Assembly: GCA_037443035.1 (NCBI GenBank)
Contig: JBBIPC010000023.1
Location: 7,613-62,325, forward strand
Length of the DNA: 54,713 nt
From: Chthonomonadales bacterium
Lineage (GTDB): Bacteria; Armatimonadota; Chthonomonadetes; Chthonomonadales; CAJBBX01
Direction: 5' to 3'
The translations under genes and the position numbers were made by a program. The notes beneath the pieces were generated by a model that was not told the origin of the DNA, did no database searches, and saw only the letters and a program-made list of their open reading frames with translations. The stretch's first letter is position 1. Each line of letters starts with the position of its first letter. Shown here one piece after another: positions 1-7,913 of this stretch.

Positions 1-27
1 CTTCGCGTCGGGCTACTCAACGACCGG
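1..27. repeat. Partial copy of the palindromic REP-like repeat also found at 4703-4927
   Basis: GGGCTACTCAACGACCGG (10-27) matches GGGC-ACTCAACGACCGG at 4881-4897; truncated by the window edge. Confidence 0.6.
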
Positions 28-122
28 TCGAGCTGCACGAGGCTTCTGGAAAAGCTGCTGATGTCTCTGACTCAAGCGAGACCACCGCGAGTGTATCATA
101 CACGCATCGGAGGTATCCCCAC

Positions 123-1664
123 GTGGATTCATTGCACAAACTTTCGCGGCGGCAGGCGCTGGCAACTGCGATTGCTGGGACCGCGGCATGGTTCTTGGAC
201 AAGGAAGCAATCGGTATGAACGAACAGTCCAACTCAGGTCTCGCTAGAACGTCACCTGGATCGGTCGGCGTGGCATCGGAAGGTGTGCTCCGATTCCTCG
301 ACGCTGTGGAGGAGAAAGTCGGAGGTCTCCATAGCTTCATGCTCGTTCGCCACGGCAAAGTCGCGGCTGAAGGATGGTGGCGCCCGTACGCCCCGAGAAG
401 CCCGCACATGCTGTTTTCGCTGAGCAAGAGCTTCACGTCCACCGCTGTAGGTCTCGCTGTCTCGGAAGGCCGCCTGACAGTGGAGGATCGCGTCGTGGAC
501 TTCTTCCCCGAGCAGGCTCCGGCTAGTCCCAATGCCAACCTGAGAGCCATGCGCGTCAAGCACTTGCTCACCATGACCACCGGACATGACCAGGACACCC
601 TGGATCGCACTGTACGCGCCAACGATAGGAACTGGGTCCGAGCCTTCCTCTCCCTGCCCGTAGAACACGAGCCAGGAACCCATTTCGTCTACAACAGTGG
701 CGCCACGTACATGCTCTCCGCCATCATCCAGAAGCTGACCGGTACGAGGCTCCTGGACTACTTGACGCCACGCCTCTTCGCACCCTTGGGCATCCACGGC
801 ATGACGTGGGAAACGTGCCCCATGGGCATCGATACAGGAGGCTGGGGCCTCAGCATCAAGACCGAAGACATCGCACGCTTCGGCCTACTCTATCTCCAGC
901 AGGGTCTCTGGCGCGGCCGCCGCATCGTGCCCGCCGAATGGATCGAGAAGGCGACAGCGAAGCAAGTCTCCAACGGCCAAGACCCCAACAGCGATTGGGC
1001 CCAGGGCTACGGCTATCAGTTCTGGCGCTGTCGCCACGGCGCGTACCGGGGTGACGGAGCCTTCGGCCAGTATTGCATCGTCATGCCGGAGCAGGACGCC
1101 ATCCTGGCAATCACGAGCGGTGTTACAGACATGCAGGCCGTGCTCAACGCAGTCTGGGACCATCTCCTGCCCGCCATGAGCATGGGCAAGACGAAACCTG
1201 CCGACGCGGATGAACGTCTGCGCCGTCGCCTCGCTGCCCTGGAGATCCCTCTGCCGGCAAGTGCTACCAATGCGCCTGCCACGCGGAAGATCCTGGATCA
1301 GACATACCGCATCACTACCAACGATCGAGGCATCACAGCCGCGCGCTTGACCATCGAAGGCGATCGCCTTGACCTGATGCTGAGCACAGTCAAAGGTGCC
1401 CACAGGATATCGGCTGGCGAACGCCAGTGGGTTCGCGGCACGACAAGCCTCGACGGCACGCCGTCAGCGAAGATCGCATCACGTTGGACGTGGACGGACG
1501 CGGCCACCCTCGTCCTTACCATCGCCTATTACGAGACTCCCTTCGTCAGGACCATGACCATCCGCTCGGGAGACGAGATCCAGCTCTCGTGGCGCGACAA
1601 TGTCGGTTTCGGTCCCACGCAGGGCCCCAGTCTCACCGGCAAGGTAGATCGTCATCTTCCCTGA
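123..1664 (+). CDS. Serine hydrolase, beta-lactamase class C/esterase family, Tat-exported
   Basis: SxxK motif (FSLSKSF), YxS/N motif (FVYNSG), GYGYQFW and GAFGQ motifs; twin-arginine signal SRRQAL; GGAGGT upstream of GTG. Confidence 0.88.
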   Translation: MDSLHKLSRRQALATAIAGTAAWFLDKEAIGMNEQSNSGLARTSPGSVGVASEGVLRFLDAVEEKVGGLHSFMLVRHGKVAAEGWWRPYAPRSPHMLFSLSKSFTSTAVGLAVSEGRLTVEDRVVDFFPEQAPASPNANLRAMRVKHLLTMTTGHDQDTLDRTVRANDRNWVRAFLSLPVEHEPGTHFVYNSGATYMLSAIIQKLTGTRLLDYLTPRLFAPLGIHGMTWETCPMGIDTGGWGLSIKTEDIARFGLLYLQQGLWRGRRIVPAEWIEKATAKQVSNGQDPNSDWAQGYGYQFWRCRHGAYRGDGAFGQYCIVMPEQDAILAITSGVTDMQAVLNAVWDHLLPAMSMGKTKPADADERLRRRLAALEIPLPASATNAPATRKILDQTYRITTNDRGITAARLTIEGDRLDLMLSTVKGAHRISAGERQWVRGTTSLDGTPSAKIASRWTWTDAATLVLTIAYYETPFVRTMTIRSGDEIQLSWRDNVGFGPTQGPSLTGKVDRHLP

Positions 1665-1694
1665 GAACTGGCCCGCAGACCGGGCTGCTGAAGC

Positions 1695-3251
1695 TTACTG
1701 GCCGTACAGCCAGGCGTGCCTCAGGCGAACCTGGCTCTCGACAGCCGCGGGATTGGGACTCACCGCGAACCCGCCCCACTCCGACCGGCTGAGCCGAAGG
1801 CCCGCATAGCCCAGGCATTCGGCCATGGGTAGCTCTTCCGTAGTACGGCACAGCTTGTCATAGAACGGGCCCATGCCTGGACCGCCAGCGCGGATGCACG
1901 CCTGCCGCACACCATCCTCGCCATAGCCTGGCTTCGGCGGTGCATGCCTTGCCATTAGGTCGTGGAGGACATCCCGGAGTCCTGTCTTGCCCCCAGACTC
2001 GTGCAGCAGCTTCAGATCCAGGCACATGCCGATCATCTCGCCACTGGTGTACACCGACACCCCGCCGTTTCCAGTGCTCTGTCCCTCGTCCCAGATATGC
2101 AGGCTGGCCATGTCCGCAGTGATTCGCCGCCTGCCGCTGGAGCCGTACCACGCGGCAATGCCCGACGCCACGCTCTGCAGATACTCAGCTTCCGTGACTA
2201 ATCCGGCACGAAGCGCCAATAGCCCTGCAACGTACTCGGTCACTCCCTCGCAGAACCACAGGTTCCGGGTACGGGGCGGCTTTCGGTAGTCGAACGGACC
2301 TAACGGCTCGGGCCGTATCCGCTTCACGTTCCACAGATGAAAGAACTCGTGGGCGATGAACCGCGCTGCTTCACGTGCGGGCACGTCGGGAGGTAAGGCC
2401 AGTCTCGCCGCATTGCTGTGTTCCAGGCCGCCGCCCCTCCCACCCATGTCCAGAAACAACACGTACTGGTCGTAGGGCAACTCTCCCATGTAGCTGCGCC
2501 CTGCCTGGACGATCGCCCGGAACGCGGCCTCGTACGCCCTGTGGTCGACACCCTGATAGGCACCGAAGAACGCGATGACGTGCTTCTTGCCGGCAGCGTC
2601 GAACGTGCGGGTCAGCCGATCGCCGACGAGGATCGGCGCATCAACGAGAGCGTCGTAATCCGGCGCGACGTACGCGCCATCTGGCTCCCGGTCCAGGGGC
2701 GTCAGCGCCTCCTCCCATCCCTCTGGCGCCTGCACCCGTAGGTCTACAGGTTCGTCCTTCCGTCCTGCAACGTACAGGAACGTCGCCGGCCCACTGTAGA
2801 ACGCATCCCGGCGCCTGACGTTGACATTCTCGGTGAACACTCCCGGGCGGACGTTGGGCAAAGCGTATTCCACCACGACCGGTGCCGCGCTTTCGGGAGT
2901 TACACGCCATGCGCCCGTGACGCCCTCAGCGACGATCGAAACGCTGCCACCTGTCGCGCCGATGCTCCGCACATTGTGGCCATGATTCTGCACCCGATAT
3001 TCGCCGGGCGTCCAGACCGGCATCTCCACAGTGAACGGCTTGCCCCCATGGCGCGCGACGGTCATTCGCACCTGCGTCACTGCTTCGTTCTGAGCTACGG
3101 CTGGCTTCGGCACGAGCACATACTTGATGGCGCATGCGGAGTCTTCGCCTAGAACGCGATGCGAACGGCTAGCGGGGCAAGCGATGGCTGCCAGAAGCGC
3201 CAGCGCTACCGCCGCTGCACAAAGGTCCTTATGCGCCCTGACGATTGACAC
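1695..3251 (-). CDS. M61 family (glycyl aminopeptidase-like) zinc metallopeptidase, apparently without PDZ domain
   Basis: GGGLEH, AHEFFHLWNVKRIRP, LWFCEGVTEY; MPVWTPGEY N-terminal M61 motif; signal peptide. Confidence 0.9.
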   Translation of the reverse strand: MSIVRAHKDLCAAAVALALLAAIACPASRSHRVLGEDSACAIKYVLVPKPAVAQNEAVTQVRMTVARHGGKPFTVEMPVWTPGEYRVQNHGHNVRSIGATGGSVSIVAEGVTGAWRVTPESAAPVVVEYALPNVRPGVFTENVNVRRRDAFYSGPATFLYVAGRKDEPVDLRVQAPEGWEEALTPLDREPDGAYVAPDYDALVDAPILVGDRLTRTFDAAGKKHVIAFFGAYQGVDHRAYEAAFRAIVQAGRSYMGELPYDQYVLFLDMGGRGGGLEHSNAARLALPPDVPAREAARFIAHEFFHLWNVKRIRPEPLGPFDYRKPPRTRNLWFCEGVTEYVAGLLALRAGLVTEAEYLQSVASGIAAWYGSSGRRRITADMASLHIWDEGQSTGNGGVSVYTSGEMIGMCLDLKLLHESGGKTGLRDVLHDLMARHAPPKPGYGEDGVRQACIRAGGPGMGPFYDKLCRTTEELPMAECLGYAGLRLSRSEWGGFAVSPNPAAVESQVRLRHAWLYGQ

Positions 3252-3639
3252 GGGGTGAAAGGAGGGGCACCGACTTCCGCAGATTGCTCAGCCAAATGCG
3301 CGCCAGCTTCTCCACGGTCGTCTTGTTGGCGGCGGCATCCTCGGGAAGCACCGTCACCAGCAGCTCGTCACATACCAGCAATGCCATGGCCTTCCCCGCT
3401 TGCCGCATGGTAATGTCGGCCACGCCGATAGGACGCTCGACGTTGGATAGTATCTCGGTCAGCCGGCCATCGTAGAGGTCCACACGCTTGTCAGGCGTCA
3501 GATCCCCGACTGTCACGCGGATCCGGAGTACCTCCCGTCCAGCCACTGTCCACACGCGCGGAGACGCGGACGTCTGGCTGCTACCCGCAGACGGCAGCAG
3601 GACGAGCACGACTGCCATCAGAGGCGTCATTCGCAACAT
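3229..3639 (-). CDS. Secreted hypothetical protein
   Basis: GGAGGT 5 nt before ATG; signal-peptide-like N-terminus; overlaps start of the M61 gene. Confidence 0.75.
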   Translation of the reverse strand: MLRMTPLMAVVLVLLPSAGSSQTSASPRVWTVAGREVLRIRVTVGDLTPDKRVDLYDGRLTEILSNVERPIGVADITMRQAGKAMALLVCDELLVTVLPEDAAANKTTVEKLARIWLSNLRKSVPLLSPRVNRQGA

Positions 3640-3744
3640 CGTTGACCTCCCAGAAATCCTTGCTTACTGCAGTATACGCGATCGCCCCTACAGCACGGCA
3701 CCAGCACTACGGCATACTGCACACGTACAGGGAAACCCGGCGCC

Positions 3745-3774
3745 TTGACGAGGGGTATGAGTCCATTGTATAAG
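3745..3774 (+). promoter_or_regulatory. Sigma70-type promoter for the zinc-ribbon gene
   Basis: TTGACG-18 nt-TATAAG upstream of GGAGG/GTG 3805. Confidence 0.5.
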
Positions 3775-3804
3775 GAGCTAGCCAGAGAGAGGAGGGCCCA
3801 GGCT

Positions 3805-4689
3805 GTGAAATGCGTCTCGTGCGGCAGCGAACTGCCCGGAGGAGCCGAGTACTGCGCGAAGTGCGGTGTGCGCGTGGGCGCAGCCGTCCGGCCTCTTCCA
3901 TCTCGTACCCATTCCGGTGCATCGAGGAAAGGGATGATCGCCATGACGGCGGTCGCCATCGCCCTGGCGGCCCTGGCGGGTTACTTCGGCTGGCGAGCGT
4001 TCTCACCCTCCGGCAGGGTAGTCCAGGCGGTAGGCCAGCAGGCACCACCTGCCCCCCTCACGGAGAGCGCCGGCCGAGTCGGCCCCGCCGGTCCTCTCGC
4101 GGAAGCCCCTGGCCTAGCGCCTCAGCAACAGCCTGAGCCCACGGACATCATCGAGTACCTCAAGTTCATCAAGGAGATCGAGAAGCAGCGTGTGCTCCTC
4201 AGCCGAACCCAGCTCGGAGAGCTCCTCAAACAAAGCGGAGATCTGACCTACGCTGGCGCCATGGCCGACTGGACCACCAACGAACCTGAACAGAAGTACA
4301 GGGAGGTCTACCAACGATTCCAACATACGATCGATACATGGGCCGGTCAGTGGCAGCAGCTTACTGCGAGGTTCCTGAACTACCCCAAGCCCGTACCGCC
4401 TCCGTGTGCTGAGCTCCGCGAGCGCTATTATGCCCTCCTCGGTAGCACCAGCGCCGCCATGAGCCGCGTTGGGCAGAGCTTCAGCGAGGCCATGTCCGGC
4501 AACCCCCAGAAGGCGCTGGACACCCTCACCCAGATGCAGGGATCAGGACTGGGATCAGCATCCAAGGAGGTAGCCGACGCGTGCAGCGCGGCCGATGACG
4601 CGCTGGCCGCCGTCTGCGACAAGTTCAAGCTCCGCAAGGAATTCGATATCCGCGACGACCTAGGCGGCGGCAACATTCTCGGCCGCTAG
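3805..4689 (+). CDS. Zinc-ribbon domain membrane-anchored hypothetical protein
   Basis: CVSC..CAKC zinc ribbon, one TM helix, Pro-rich linker, helical C-terminus; GGAGG at 3791-3795 supports GTG 3805. Confidence 0.8.
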   Translation: MKCVSCGSELPGGAEYCAKCGVRVGAAVRPLPSRTHSGASRKGMIAMTAVAIALAALAGYFGWRAFSPSGRVVQAVGQQAPPAPLTESAGRVGPAGPLAEAPGLAPQQQPEPTDIIEYLKFIKEIEKQRVLLSRTQLGELLKQSGDLTYAGAMADWTTNEPEQKYREVYQRFQHTIDTWAGQWQQLTARFLNYPKPVPPPCAELRERYYALLGSTSAAMSRVGQSFSEAMSGNPQKALDTLTQMQGSGLGSASKEVADACSAADDALAAVCDKFKLRKEFDIRDDLGGGNILGR

Positions 4690-4702
4690 ACCCGCTAGCG
4701 TG

Positions 4703-4927
4703 CGGTGGTTGGGTATTCCCGATCACGATCGCAACGTACGGTGGTCGAGTAGTCCTGTTCGCCATCGGGACAGTCGGTAGTCGAGTAGTCCCGGCATGCC
4801 GTTGTCGGGACGTATCGAAACCACCGATCCTCCGCATACCACCCCATCCCGGTCGTTTCGATACACCCCGATGGCTATCGGGGCACTCAACGACCGGTAT
4901 CGTCGCCTGGGGCTTCTCGACGACCGG
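4703..4927. repeat. REP/REPIN-like nested inverted-repeat cluster
   Basis: Three CGGTRGTYGRGTAK units at 4703/4739/4775 (36-nt period); GTATCGAAACCACCG (4812-4826) inverted to CGGTCGTTTCGATAC (4850-4864); reverse units at 4885-4897 and 4915-4927; internal hairpins. Confidence 0.75.
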
Positions 4928-4970
4928 CAACTCTCCTCCGCACTCTGTGTGCAGTACGTCGGGGCGCTGC

Positions 4971-5001
4971 TTGACGGCTGGCCGCTACTTTGGGCTATAC
5001 T
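4971..5001 (+). promoter_or_regulatory. Putative rpsO-pnp promoter
   Basis: TTGACG (4971-4976)-19 nt-TATACT (4996-5001). Confidence 0.55.
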
Positions 5002-5038
5002 GCTAACGAACGAGAGGAAGAGAGGAGGATCCCGGAGA

Positions 5039-5314
5039 GTGCCGCTGGTTCGGGAGCAGAGAACCTCGATCATCGAGGAAAATAGAACACACGAGACGGA
5101 CACCGGGTCGCCCGAGGTACAGGTTGCGCTACTGACAGCGCGGATCAATCAGCTCAACGAGCACCTGAAGATCCATAAGCACGATCACCACTCGCGCCGC
5201 GGCCTCATGATGATGGTGGGCCGCCGCCGCCGATTGCTCAACTACCTGAGCAAGAAAGACATCGGCAGGTATCGCGCACTGGTGAGCCGCCTCGGTATCC
5301 GGAGCAAGATCTAG
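5039..5314 (+). CDS. rpsO: 30S ribosomal protein S15
   Basis: [53 protein letters not shown] upstream of GTG 5039; adjacent to pnp. Confidence 0.98.
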   Translation: MPLVREQRTSIIEENRTHETDTGSPEVQVALLTARINQLNEHLKIHKHDHHSRRGLMMMVGRRRRLLNYLSKKDIGRYRALVSRLGIRSKI

Positions 5315-5336
5315 TCCGGTCCAACGCACATGGACT

Positions 5337-5463
5337 GCGGAAGCTGCTTTTCCGCCTCTGGTCCGCTTCGCGGTCCGAGTCGCGGACCGCGCTTGCATTG
5401 GGGCAGTCACTTCCACCCGTGGTCCGCTTCGCCGTCCGATACGCCGACTGCGAAGCGGACCGC
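5337..5463 (+). promoter_or_regulatory. Structured rpsO-pnp intergenic leader (multiple stem-loops)
   Basis: Hairpins GCGGAA..TTCCGC, CGCGGTCCG..CGGACCGCG, GGTCCGCTTCGC..GCGAAGCGGACC. Confidence 0.55.
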
Positions 5464-5488
5464 ATGATGAGTACCCCAGGAGAACAAG

Positions 5489-7744
5489 TTGACAACCAAA
5501 GTTGAAGGCGCCCCCGGCGGCAAACACTTATCTTTCGAGACAGGAAAAGTTGCCAGGCAAGCGGGGGGCGCATGCTGGCTCAGAGCCGGCGACACAGTCC
5601 TCCTGGCTACGGCAACGATGGCCGCAGCCGTTCGAGAGGGACTGGATTTCTTCCCACTGACCTGTGACTACGAAGAGCGCAAATACTCCGTCGGCAAGAT
5701 ACCCGGAGGCTTCATCAAGCGAGGCGGCCGACCCAGCGAGAAGGCCATCCTCACCAGCCGATTGATCGATCGTCCCATCCGACCGCTGTTCCCCCAGGGA
5801 ATGCGCAACGAGGTCCAGCTGATCTGCACTCCCTTGTCCGTAGACCTCGAGTTCCCGCCCGATGTCCTGGCCGTCGTGGCCTCGTCGGCGGCTCTCATGG
5901 TCAGCGATATCCCGTGGAACGGGCCTATAGGCTGCGTGCGCATCGGTCGAGTCGCAGGTGAATGGATCGTCAACCCATCCGTTGCACAGATGGAGGCTGC
6001 CGATCTCGATCTCATCGCTGCCGGCACCGAAGACTTGATCAACATGCTCGAAGCCGGTGCCAACGAGGCGACCGAGGAGGACATCCTGCACGCCATTGAC
6101 CTCGCCCACGGAGTCATCCGCGAGCAGTGCGCATTGCAGCGCCAACTGGCCGGGGAAGCCGCCAAGCCGAAGCGCAACGTCGTACTCGTCACGGTACCCG
6201 AGGACGTCCTCGAAGTCGTCCGCGCCAAGACGGGCTCCGAGCTTCGCGCAGCTATCCAGAACCCAGACAAGGCAGCACGGGAGTCGGGCCTCAGTGAGCT
6301 GAAGGACGAAATCGTCGAGCGTCTGGCAGCGGACTTCGAGGATCCCATGGTGCCCCTCGAAGCCGCCGTGGATAAGGTCATCAAGGAGCAGGTCCGTGCT
6401 CTCATCATCGAAGAGGGCATACGACCCGATGGGCGCAAGCTGGATGAGATTCGGCCCATCTCCTGCGAGGTCGGCCTCCTACCACGGTGCCACGGCTCCG
6501 GATTGTTCACACGTGGCCAGACCCAGGTGCTTACCACCGTAACCCTGGGATCGACGGACGACGCCCAGCAGATAGATGGGCTCGAGGGCGACCTCGAGAA
6601 GCGCTATATGCACTTCTATAACTTCCCGCCGTTTTCCGTGGGCGAAACGAGACCGTTGCGCGGTCCGGGCAGACGAGAGATCGGCCACGGTTGCCTCGCA
6701 GAACGAGCGTTGCTCGGCGTCATCCCTCCCCGTGAGGAATTCCCCTACACCCTCCAGCTCACGTCAGAGGTGCTGGAGTCCAATGGCAGCACATCCATGG
6801 GCGCAACATGCGGCTCTACGCTGGCCCTCATGGACGCCGGCGTGCCCATCAAGGCCCCCGTCAGCGGCATCGCTATGGGTCTGATCACCCGAGATGACCG
6901 GTTCGCGATCCTCAGCGACATCCAGGGCATGGAGGATTTCTCCGGCGACATGGACTTCAAGGTCGCGGGGACAGCCGCAGGCATCACCGCCATCCAGCTC
7001 GACACGAAGATCCGCGGACTGCGTCGGGAAATCATCGAAGCGACGCTTGACCAGGCCCGCGCCGGCAGGCTGCACATTCTCGAGAAGATGCTCGACACAA
7101 TCCCCGCTCCGCGGCCCACGCTCAGCCGACACGCGCCCAGATTGATCACGGTCCACATCAGCCCGGACAAAATCGGCGAGCTCATCGGACCCGGCGGCAA
7201 GAACATCAAGAAGCTCGAAGCGGATACCGGCGCCAGCATCAGTATCGAACAAGACGGAACCATCTACGTCGCGGCCGCCGACCCAGAAGCGGGCGAACGG
7301 GCTGCTGCAGCGGTCAAGGCCATCGGCGCAGAGGTCGAGGTAGGCAGTGAGTTCACCGGCCGCGTGACACGCATCATGGGAATGGGCGCATTCGTCGAGT
7401 TCGCGCCCGGGAAAGAGGGCTTGGTCCATACCGCACGGCTGTCCGATCGTCCGATCCGCCGGCCCGACGAAGTGGTCAAGATCGGCGACGAGATACGAGT
7501 GCGGGTCATCGAAGTGGACTCCCAGGGCCGTGTCAATCTCACCGCTGTTGGTCTGGATAAGCCGTTCGATCCGTCCGGCGAGCGGACGTCGTCGCCATCG
7601 AAGCCCCACCACGGACCTTCGCGTGGTGAGCGTGGGGGCCATTCCCAACGGCCCGAGCGGGCACGGCCGCAACCTCACGGCCGCAAGGACGATGGTCTCG
7701 ATGACGACGACACGGTAAGGGCCCGGTTTCGGCCTAGGAGGTAG
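5489..7744 (+). CDS. pnp: Polyribonucleotide nucleotidyltransferase (PNPase)
   Basis: DFFPLTCDYEER, FTRGQTQ, RREIGHG, SNGSTSMG, GDMDFKVAGT, KH (IGPGGKNIK) and S1 domains; TTG start with AGGAGA. Confidence 0.98.
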   Translation: MTTKVEGAPGGKHLSFETGKVARQAGGACWLRAGDTVLLATATMAAAVREGLDFFPLTCDYEERKYSVGKIPGGFIKRGGRPSEKAILTSRLIDRPIRPLFPQGMRNEVQLICTPLSVDLEFPPDVLAVVASSAALMVSDIPWNGPIGCVRIGRVAGEWIVNPSVAQMEAADLDLIAAGTEDLINMLEAGANEATEEDILHAIDLAHGVIREQCALQRQLAGEAAKPKRNVVLVTVPEDVLEVVRAKTGSELRAAIQNPDKAARESGLSELKDEIVERLAADFEDPMVPLEAAVDKVIKEQVRALIIEEGIRPDGRKLDEIRPISCEVGLLPRCHGSGLFTRGQTQVLTTVTLGSTDDAQQIDGLEGDLEKRYMHFYNFPPFSVGETRPLRGPGRREIGHGCLAERALLGVIPPREEFPYTLQLTSEVLESNGSTSMGATCGSTLALMDAGVPIKAPVSGIAMGLITRDDRFAILSDIQGMEDFSGDMDFKVAGTAAGITAIQLDTKIRGLRREIIEATLDQARAGRLHILEKMLDTIPAPRPTLSRHAPRLITVHISPDKIGELIGPGGKNIKKLEADTGASISIEQDGTIYVAAADPEAGERAAAAVKAIGAEVEVGSEFTGRVTRIMGMGAFVEFAPGKEGLVHTARLSDRPIRRPDEVVKIGDEIRVRVIEVDSQGRVNLTAVGLDKPFDPSGERTSSPSKPHHGPSRGERGGHSQRPERARPQPHGRKDDGLDDDDTVRARFRPRR

Positions 7745-7791
7745 GTACTGGGCCACCATGGCGCCAGGGAGATCTAGCTAGATGCGCACAT

Positions 7792-7838
7792 GCTACATCC
7801 CGTTTCGCTTCCAGGTATGCCGACGAACGGGATGTAGC
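7792..7838 (+). terminator. Strong stem-loop downstream of pnp (terminator/processing site; no U-tract)
   Basis: Perfect 13-bp stem GCTACATCCCGTT/AACGGGATGTAGC. Confidence 0.45.
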
Positions 7839-7913
7839 GTCGCGACTCGGGAACGCACTGGACGGAGAAACCTCGCCCGTGGATGAGGCACGCACTCGGG
7901 GAGGACGGGGCCG

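Noticed and set aside
123..1664. Antibiotic-resistance beta-lactamase
   Set aside because: Motifs fit the broad serine hydrolase/esterase branch (GAFGQ in place of KTG); no basis for a resistance call
4703..4810. 36-nt periodic repeats as a mini CRISPR array
   Set aside because: Conserved part is only about 14-18 nt, intervening segments are short self-complementary hairpins, inverted copies follow, and no cas genes are present
4703..5038. Structured region as an S15 autoregulatory leader
   Set aside because: The best promoter (-10 at 4996-5001) lies downstream of the structure, and the motif recurs at the window start away from rpsO
4796..5038. 81-aa N-terminal extension of S15 in the ORF track
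   Set aside because: It is translated repeat DNA; the SD and family length support GTG 5039
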